64,000 bases of DNA, taken from Amoebidium appalachense. Taxonomy: Eukaryota; Protista; Ichthyosporea. Each line of letters begins with the position of its first letter. Within the stretch, counting starts at the first letter, position 1. Location: assembly GCA_963693365.1 (NCBI GenBank), contig CAVNZM010000012.1, positions 5,964,889 to 6,028,888 of the forward strand, in the 5' to 3' direction. Positions 43,554 through 64,000 of the stretch are shown piece by piece. The notes beneath the pieces are model-generated. The model was not told the origin of the DNA. It ran no database searches and worked only from the letters and a program-made list of their open reading frames with translations. A program made the position numbers and the translations under genes.

Positions 43554-45685
43554 GGGGAGGAATGTAATCATCAAGGGTGGTAACCACAGAAGCAAACACA
43601 TTTTGAGGAAAACCAACCAAGACAAAATCACACAAGACGAAACCGAAATGTGCCATAACAAAGATGTATCTCTACCTGTGTATTCCACCCCAGGTCTATT
43701 GTGGTCAGGTTTGGGCAGTGGGGCACGACGGAGAGGTCGGACACGTCCGTGCCACTGAGAACAAGCACAGACACGTTGCTGCCGTGTAGACCCTTTATGC
43801 ACGTAACAGGCGTGTCCCTGTGAAGAAACATTGTCAGAATTTGGATATATGCATGGGGTAAATGAAAATGGTGTAATGGAGTAACAGTTTCAGTGGAATG
43901 ATAGATAAATGTTAACTGTGTGTGTGTGTGTGCCTGCATGAATAGACATTGTCAAGAATCGACATACGGAGTAAATAAAAATGAAATGGACTTATAAGTT
44001 CAGGCATAATGAAAGATAATTGGGAAGTGTGTGTGTGTCTGCATGAGGGCCTTACTCACACGTCTACAGTGACCCCAATGAACGTCAAAGTAGTGTCTCT
44101 GGGTGCGTGTGTGCATGCGACCCTACTCACCAATATAGATACCCCCCCTCCCCCCTCCCGGACACTAACACACCGAGCCACAACATCCGACGAAAAAAAA
44201 AAAAAAACCCTCCCCCTCCCCCAACCCCACCACCACTACCATCACCACGACCACCACACGCATGCACACGAGCACGCGCACAAGCGCACAAGCGCGCACG
44301 GTCATGATCACACACACACACAGGAGAAAAGAGAGAGAGAGAGGAGAGAGAAAAATAAGACAACGACGACGAAGGGATAATAAAAAAACAGGAAGAAAAG
44401 AAAGAGAGAAAGAAAGACATAAAGAAAAGCAAACAGGAAAAAGCTCTCATACACGCAGAGCACACAATCACCCACCCACCTCAGGTTCAGGTAGGTCAGC
44501 GCCGTGCACTGTGCCACAAACCCGACATCGCCCACGGCCGTGCCGCACAGGTTAAGGTGCCGCAGCGACGTCATACATGGGGTTATGGCCCGCACGCACG
44601 ACACATTACTGTTCCAGGAAAGATCTAGAACCTCAAGACGTGAGCATGACGCCAGGGCTGAAAGGTCGCTGACGTTACTGCCGCTGAGGTTCAGACGCTT
44701 GAGAGTGGACGCATACCTGCGGGGTTTAAAGTAGGGGTGTGATTGGTTGGGTTTTATTGTTTTTTTTTATCGTGGTGTTTTGTTTGGTAGCATACCGTGG
44801 CGTGCAGCTTGTGTGTGTTCGCGTGTGTTATTTACACGGTTGATGGTTTTCCCCCTATGAATGTTCTGGATCTAGTATTTAATCAGAACTGCCCCTCCGC
44901 CCGCCCCCCCCCCCCTTTCCCTCCTTCAACCATTCTCTCTCTCCCCCCCCCCCCCTTCCCCCCCCACAGCCTGCCTGCCTCTATCCGCGGTGTATGCGTA
45001 GTCATGGTACGCCCGTGGTGTTAATGTGCATCAAGACGAAAGAGAGGGGCGGGAGGCGCAAGTAGACAGAGGGATGGGAGGGAGGGGGTGTGGGGGAGGT
45101 GGACGGATGAATGCCATGCAACCCACCTCTCCTTTTCAGGCACATGGGACAGATCGACATTCCCCATATCCAGATCCACCAATCGTACGCAGTGCCTCAG
45201 CACGTGCACGGCGTTGCATGTCAGGCGGGTGGCACACAGGTTAAGGGCAGACAGGCCCGCACAGGCCTGAAGGGGACCTATGTCGGTCACGGTGGTGCGG
45301 TGCAGGTTGAGCTGTTGTAGGGTTAAACTGCTGCATTGGAGGGCATCAACACTGCTGACCTGAAGGGGATAAGGGGGGGGGGGGGGGGGGAGGGAGGGGT
45401 TGAGTGGTTAAGAATGTGTTGCAGAGTGTGTTCGGTGCACGATGTACAAATTCACGACAAGGAAGACAATGCAGATTACAAAGCACACACAAAGAGCATG
45501 CATCATAAGTAGAGCCCAGCCTCACCGGTCCACACGGGGGGGGGGGGGGGGGGGGGGGTTTGCATACTCCTTGGTTGTGCTCATTGTAAGACAAACTTCA
45601 CATGTGTTGTCTGTCGTGAATGTGTATTTTGTACTAAGTAGTTTTTTTTTTTTTTTTTTTTTTTTTTTGGCTTTTTTTGGCGGGG

Positions 45686-45724
<39 letters not shown>

Positions 45725-45823
45725 TATATTTATCAGTGCAGTGCATTTTCTTAATTTTATCTCTTAATTCATGAATGACGTTAATTTTTGTGGTGGTGGT
45801 GGTGGTGGTTTTTTTTTTTTTTT

Positions 45824-45854
<31 letters not shown>

Positions 45855-46123
45855 GGCACATTCTCCTTTCTTTCTTTCTTTCTTTTTTTTTTCTTTTTTT
45901 TTGGGGGGGGGGGCGGGGATGTATACCAGTGTGCCGGCCAGGCCCACGTTTACCAGCTGGCTGCAGGCCTCCAGCCCCCTCAGGTCCCTCACAGCAGTCC
46001 CACACAGGTTAAGAACCCTTAGTCGCGTGCACTCCCTGCAGAGTTAAAGAGGAAAAATTAGTTGAAATCGATATCCATGAGCTACTAAAATGACTTGGCA
46101 AACATGCCTGATGAGTAGCAGAG

Positions 46124-46171
<48 letters not shown>

Positions 46172-46315
46172 AGGAAAAAAAAAAAAACAAACAAAAAAAA
46201 AACAGGTAACTGGGCATCCATGAACGATTAAAGCCTTCTACTGAAGTTACTGTCAGCCCAACTGGGAAATGATGATGACTGGGAAAACATGCTCTAGGCA
46301 GACCCCTTCCCTCCT

Positions 46316-46347
<32 letters not shown>

Positions 46348-46356
46348 ATCCCCCCC

Positions 46357-46392
<36 letters not shown>

Positions 46393-47395
46393 AAAAAAAA
46401 AGGACAAGAAAAGAAGAGCACGAGAAAGGGGGAAAAAGGAAAGAGATGGGTAGTACTGGACATCCATACTCGGACCTAACCTCTCAATAGCAAGGGGAAT
46501 ATGGCGACTGAGAATAGAAAACCATACAACATGCCTACTCAGTAGGTTACTAGCATGCACAAAAACGACATGGTGCATGTGCTTCTACCAGATTCTAGAC
46601 GGGTGTAGTCTCCCCTGGTCTAAGCCGCATCACCCTAACTGCACACGTACATTGCATACCTCTACATAACATGCTTATCAAACGATGTAGTCCCACACAT
46701 CAGCACTTGGTGTACACACCAAACACAACAATAGGTTAAAGATACTTAACGAGCAAAACCACTAAGCAGCAACAGCACACGCACACAACACACCTATAGA
46801 TTACACGCACACAACACACCTACTGATTACACGCACACAACACACCTACTGATTACACGCACACAACACACCTACTGATTACACGCACACAACACACCTA
46901 TTGATTACACGCACACAACACACCTACTGATTACACGCACACAACACACCTACTGATTACACGCACACAACACACCTACTGATTACACGCACACAACACA
47001 CCTACTGATTACACGCACACAACACACCTACTGATTACACGCACACAACACACCTACTGATTACACGCACACAACACACCTACTGATTACACGCACACAA
47101 CACACCTACTGATTACACGCACACAACACACCTACTGATTACACGCACACAACACACCTACTGATTACACGCACACAACACACCTACTGATTACACGCAC
47201 ACAACACACCTATTGATTACACGCACACAACACACCGATAGATTACACACACACCCACCCCCCCACACACTTGTAGAACGCGCACACACAACCCTCACCC
47301 ACCCGCACACACACACACACACACACACACCCACACCCATCCACACACACAAAACACCTATAGATTACACCCACACACACGTCCCCCCGTCCCCC

Positions 47396-47430
<35 letters not shown>

Positions 47431-47911
47431 CCGCCCGCCTGGCCATACATAGACATACATCCACGCACCTCAACGGGCTTACATCCGCCACCATCGAGTC
47501 CTGCAGATCCAACTCGACCAAATTAGGTGCATGCCTTAGAGTACGAATATCCTTGACATCATAAAACCCCTCTACGCACAACTCTGTCACGTTCACGCAC
47601 GATTGGAAAAGACGCGCGCGGAATTCTCGTTCGGAGAGGCGCAGACGGAGAGTGTGTAGGTGGGGGAAGGCTTCAACTAGCTGGGCAACGGCTTGGAGCC
47701 TCCCCGTGGTGCTGCCCTCAATCAGCCACACGGCAAGCGCAACAGTGCGCACGGACTGTACGTGTGTGTGCGTGTGCGTGTGCGTGTGTGTGTGTGCACA
47801 CATGTGCGTGTGCGTGTGTGCGTGTGCGTGTGCGTGTGCGTGTGCGTGTGCGTGTGCGTGTGCACACATGTACGTGTGCGTGTGTGCGTATGCGTGTGCG
47901 TGTGCGTGTGC

Positions 47912-47942
<31 letters not shown>

Positions 47943-48722
47943 CTGTGTGTGTGCGTCCGGTTATGTGTGTTAGGCCAGGCAGGTTGGCTTGCATAGATCT
48001 GTGGGTGTGTAATGGGAAAGCGCATTGATGTTTGGTGAGCTAGTTACAGCTATAAGTTTCTGCCTTCAGGTCTTTGTTTGTGCCCCTGGCTAAGAGGGCT
48101 ATCTTTTTCTTTTCCTTCCTTCTTCTTTTTCTTCACTGCTCGATCTCTCCCTATGTTCTTTTTCAAATAGGCACATGGGAGAAAAATCGGGGGGGGGGGG
48201 GGGGGGGGGGGGGGGATATTCTGTGCGGGTGGTCTGAGACAATAGACAAAGAAATGAGTGATGAAGAAGCAACACATGCTGTTGGGGACAAACAGAAGGA
48301 TAAAGGAAAGGAAAAAGTTATGGCTGCCAGGCATGCATATGTAAACAAATGAACAAACACAAACGTGTACTTCACACAAGCAGCAGTGCCGCTCGTGTTA
48401 ACTCCTGCTTACACGTGTTCTCAGCTGTCTGAGCACAAACCAAGCAGTGTGTTCTGATGCTTTCACTAGAAAAAAGAATACTGCAGGCTATATTCAAAGA
48501 AACTAAACACATACACAGATCAATCTGATCCCCTTACCTCACGTTGCACCCCAAGTGCTTGGGTGCTTGCACAGCAACCACTAACCTCTAACAAACAACC
48601 AAGCTGTACGCACGGAGGTGCACTATGACTAGGCAGCACAGGTGGACTAGCAAAAAGATGGGTTGAGAGGTCAGGAGTGTGGATGAGAGAATGGTAACGG
48701 GAAATCTACGCACGCGTCCGGG

Positions 48723-48769
<47 letters not shown>

Positions 48770-49135
48770 GGCATAAGAAAAAGAAGAATTATAATTTAGT
48801 ACCTGGCTCCAAGCAGCGGCACCGGCCCTAACGTTCAACCAAGCAGGTGTCTGTGGAGATGGCAGCTTGACGCCCAGCCACCCCTTCGACCTGCGTGGGC
48901 CCTTGCCCACCCACACTTGGCTATACAGGGGGGTGGATATGTCCTGCACACACCTCTTCCAGCGACGGCAAACAAGCGCACACGCAGCACGGTCCACGTA
49001 TGAGTCCAGAAACGAAAAGATGTAACACATCATCTCGTCGGATAGCTGCTTGGTCTTGTCCTCCGGAACAAGCAGCTTGACGACCAAGCGGCGGAGGTTG
49101 ACCACTGGCCGTTTATAATGGATTACCTCGGTCAT
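41917..49135 (-). CDS. F-box / leucine-rich repeat protein, ~603 aa
   Basis: Exons 49135-48803, 48603-48538, 47755-47469, 46035-45927, 45359-45127, 44716-44480, 43817-43676, 42837-42706 and 42189-41917 join in frame at GT-AG junctions (the exon 1/2 boundaries are less certain). F-box: [23 protein letters not shown]. Many ~22-aa repeats of the form LxxCxxLxxLxLxxTxVxD. Confidence 0.88.
45408..45535 (-). mobile_element. Old 3'-end copy of the C-run retroposon in an F-box/LRR intron
   Basis: The minus strand reads GTGGACC..TGAGGCTGGGCTCTACTTATGATGCATGCTCTTTGTGTGTG..CTGCATTGT..TGTACATCGTGC, matching 29819-29920. Poly-C on both sides, host-sense orientation. Confidence 0.75.
45565..45636 (+). mobile_element. 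Possible old fragment of the same family in the opposite orientation
   Basis: GCATACTC..TGTCTGTCGTGAATGTGTATTTTGTACT resembles the family 3' region. It would be antisense to the host gene. Confidence 0.35.
46777..47235. repeat. 26-bp minisatellite (CTGATTACACGCACACAACACACCTA)n
   Basis: About 17-18 near-identical head-to-tail units with no spacers, in F-box/LRR intron 3. Confidence 0.97.
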
Positions 49136-50606
49136 GTTTGCAGCTAAAGTTTCAATCGTATGTCCATTTGGTAAGATGTAGTGCTTGTAGAGCTAGTGTG
49201 CATCCTGCGTGTGAGTGCGTGTTGTGATTGAAACGCCAAACGTCCTCAGACGTGAGGGTGAGAGTGTATTCTTGGATAAGAAAGGTTGCAAGGACGTTCG
49301 CGTTGAGCAGCAGTACGTTTCAAGAAATTCTCCGGTTTTGAACTGCGCAGTGCAAAATGCTGCTTATGTAGCATATCATTCGCCAAATATCTTCACTTAT
49401 AATTAGCGTTGGAAAACATGAACAACAGCAGTGCCCTTGCCTTCATCCGACCGACCCTTCTCTTTCAAAAGCAGCCTCAATAAGCTATTAGTAGTCCTCA
49501 ATCGTAGTCAGTACTACGGCCTGTAATTAACTTATCAGCAACTTAACATACTACAAGAGCCAGTAGCAGCCCTATTGATCAGTCTTTTACTCTTTCCAAC
49601 CACTCTAAAGGGTAAGATCTTTACAATCCTCCTTTCTCCCTAGCAATTTCTTTGAACTGTCACCGGCAACAAGGTGAAGGTTCACTTCCCATTCTACACG
49701 AGTGGAAGACAGAGGGGGGCAAATGATTGCCAACCGATAAGCCGACAGGCCAGGATACCTTATAGTATCAAGGAAATTAATACAGCAAGCTCGTTAGAAA
49801 ACTAAAAAACAATAAAACAAATATCATAAATAACGTTATGAATTCCCCTTTCAGCCTCATGTATCACTTATTTTTGTAATTTTGACTTACAAAGTTCTCT
49901 GTCAAGAGCAGTGCAAGCCACAGCTTTTGCCGCGTTTCTATGCCCAATCAAACGCGAGGTGAGCGGCTGAGCCGATGGCCCAGCGCCGCCCAGGAAGGCT
50001 TTTTGCGGATTCCGGATTTTTGGACATGTAGAATCGTGTTGAAGTGCCATCAACAAGAGGCATGTGCTTACAATCAACGTTTCCCCTTCTTGTGTGTGCA
50101 TTTATGTCTGGTGGGTGTGTGAATATGCCCATGAATCCAAACAAGTACCTGCACTGGGTGTGCGCGTACATGTGCACTGGCGCCTCGGTACCATGTGTTC
50201 CATGTGGCCATGGCCATGTTGCCAGAATTTCGAACTTGGCATGTTTGTGTGGCCATTGAAATTGCAGTGTACGTATTCACGAGATGAAGTTGAGAGAGGC
50301 TATGATTTGTTTTTAATCTTGGTGAGTTGCATTTCTGAGTTTATTGTGTTTGTGGTTTCCTTCACAACCAAAACACGATCATAGTAAGAGAGAGATATTG
50401 GGACCCTCTGATCGATACTGTACTGTAACGTCTATGCATTGCACGCAGCTTGTCCTGCAAGCTGCCCAAACTAGGTGGGACACATCGTAATTTTTGTTGT
50501 TAAGTCAATTCACTGAGATGTCATCTGCATTACTCAAAAATTCAAAGCTTATTAACAGTTTACGTCGGTTCGGCCAACATATACCCCCCCTCCTCCCCCC
50601 CCCCCC

Positions 50607-50637
<31 letters not shown>

Positions 50638-51505
50638 ACACATACCAAAAGCAAAAGAGAAATTAAAAAGAACGAAGAAAACTAAACAAGATGAACAAGC
50701 TCGCATTTCTGAAATCTTTTTTAAAACGAAAAAGCTCAACGTGTACCATACTTGCAAACCTTTCCTGAGCCATCTAGTGTGATGAAGCATGAAAAAAAGA
50801 CACGGAAATCGTGTTTATCTGACTAGCAAAGCTCACACACCAAACTGAACCAACTTGCAAGAACCCGCAGCGCGCGAAGGAAGAAGGGGGGAGGTGGGGG
50901 GGGGGGGGGGGGGGGATAGGGGGGATTGTAGTACTTTGCAAAAGTGTGCAAGCATTTTCCGCGAGAGGTACAGCCAACATTAAAGTTAAATTTTTGCCCC
51001 AAGCTACGGTTTTGGTTGAGTGTTCATGATCTCCTAACCGACAGCTGGGCTACAACACACCGAGACGGTGCCAAACCTCTTTAATATTTACACAGTTGAC
51101 TCAGGCAGGCGGCAAACGATCGAGGCTTGATCGAACATCAGTGATCTGGGGGAAGAACTTCACAAAGATAGGCAGAATGGAAAAAATAAACAATATAAGA
51201 AACCAAAAAAGAAGAAGAAAGAAAGAAAGGGGAAAAAGAATGAAAGTCTCACAGAAAAGCAAACCCTAGGTACCATCTTCCAAACCCACCACACAGAAAG
51301 CAGGAAAAAACCTTGCTGAAACTCGTTGCTTCGTTCTTTTCTAGAGACAAAGAACTTCAGTCTAACGGCGCGTCAAACGACACTCGAGAACAGAAAAAGA
51401 TAATTTGACATAGAAAGAAAAAGGCGAGGTTAGGAGGGCCAGGGCGGGGGGGGGGGGGAAGAAGGGGGGGGGGAGGGGGGGATGGAGGAAGGGGGGAGGG
51501 GGTTC

Positions 51506-63345
<11,840 letters not shown>

Positions 63346-64000
63346 GGCTGCGACTGCGGTTAACCTGCCCAGTTCCCAAAAGGATTATTACCACAGAGAA
63401 GACTAGGTAGGACTGGGAGAGTGCGTGTGAGGGGACGGAGAGAGGGGGAAGGAGTGAGAGGGGGGGGGTGGAGGAGTGGGGGAGTTGGAGGCAAAGTAGC
63501 ATGGAATGCGATGGATGGGAGAAAGGCGTGGGGCCAGGAAGGAAGTGAGGGTATGTGCACACGGGGAGCAGGAGCAGACACAGTTATATAACAGACGTAA
63601 GATGGGAAGGTATACGTTTGATAAAAACATCGAGAAGCAATGCTCGACATTTTCCTTACATGAGGAAATAGATGAGAAAGAAAGTGCAAACACTATTATA
63701 GCGGGATAGCTAACACATGCCCCTGAAACCTCAAGTGAATCAACTAGAGTGGGTAGGTGAATAACTTTCATATACCTTTAACGTTTTCCTGATGTTTGGG
63801 TGCTCAATCGCTCACGGTCGCTTTCCTTATCTGAATCTACCCCAACCTTGATCAGGTTTGTACGTTCTTTTCACTTACAGCTGCCCATGGATGGAGCAAC
63901 CCACTTAAAAAGTACCTGTGCAATATCTGCAAACGACGTATGTCTCTACACGATGCTGTGCGCAGCCTAAATGAATTTTTACACACGTACGCAGTGCCTT

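Noticed and set aside
46777-47235. CRISPR-like appearance of the 26-bp array (also the 24- and 31-bp arrays)
   Set aside because: Head-to-tail units with no unique spacers, no cas genes, and a eukaryotic intron context.

Overview
Eukaryotic nuclear DNA, intron-rich, with many poly-C/poly-G runs and (CA)/(GT) microsatellites. The gene set is opisthokont/holozoan-like, but the lineage is inference only. Almost all of the ORF track is low-complexity noise. Real genes had to be rebuilt exon by exon from GT-AG junctions: the 3' part of a saccharopine dehydrogenase-like oxidoreductase (+), an intronless coiled-coil orphan (-), a carnosine-synthase-like ATP-grasp ligase (+), PDCD2L/Tsr4 (+), a disrupted BTB/POZ + propeller-like gene (+), an F-box/LRR gene (-) and a Spinster MFS transporter (-). 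Mobile DNA includes a 5'-truncated non-LTR RT, a hAT-type MITE with an 8-bp TSD that itself carries a nested A-tailed insert, a foldback MITE and a decayed retroelement cluster. The most notable signal is a non-coding retroposon family with about 11 copies of different ages. The copies are 5'-truncated, share a 3' end with no poly(A) tail, sit at poly-C runs (one has an exact 18-bp TSD) and lie mostly in introns in host-sense orientation. The longer copies carry a 3' RNA domain with compensatory base-pair changes and a probable pseudoknot. All alignments and folds were done by eye and no database searches were run.
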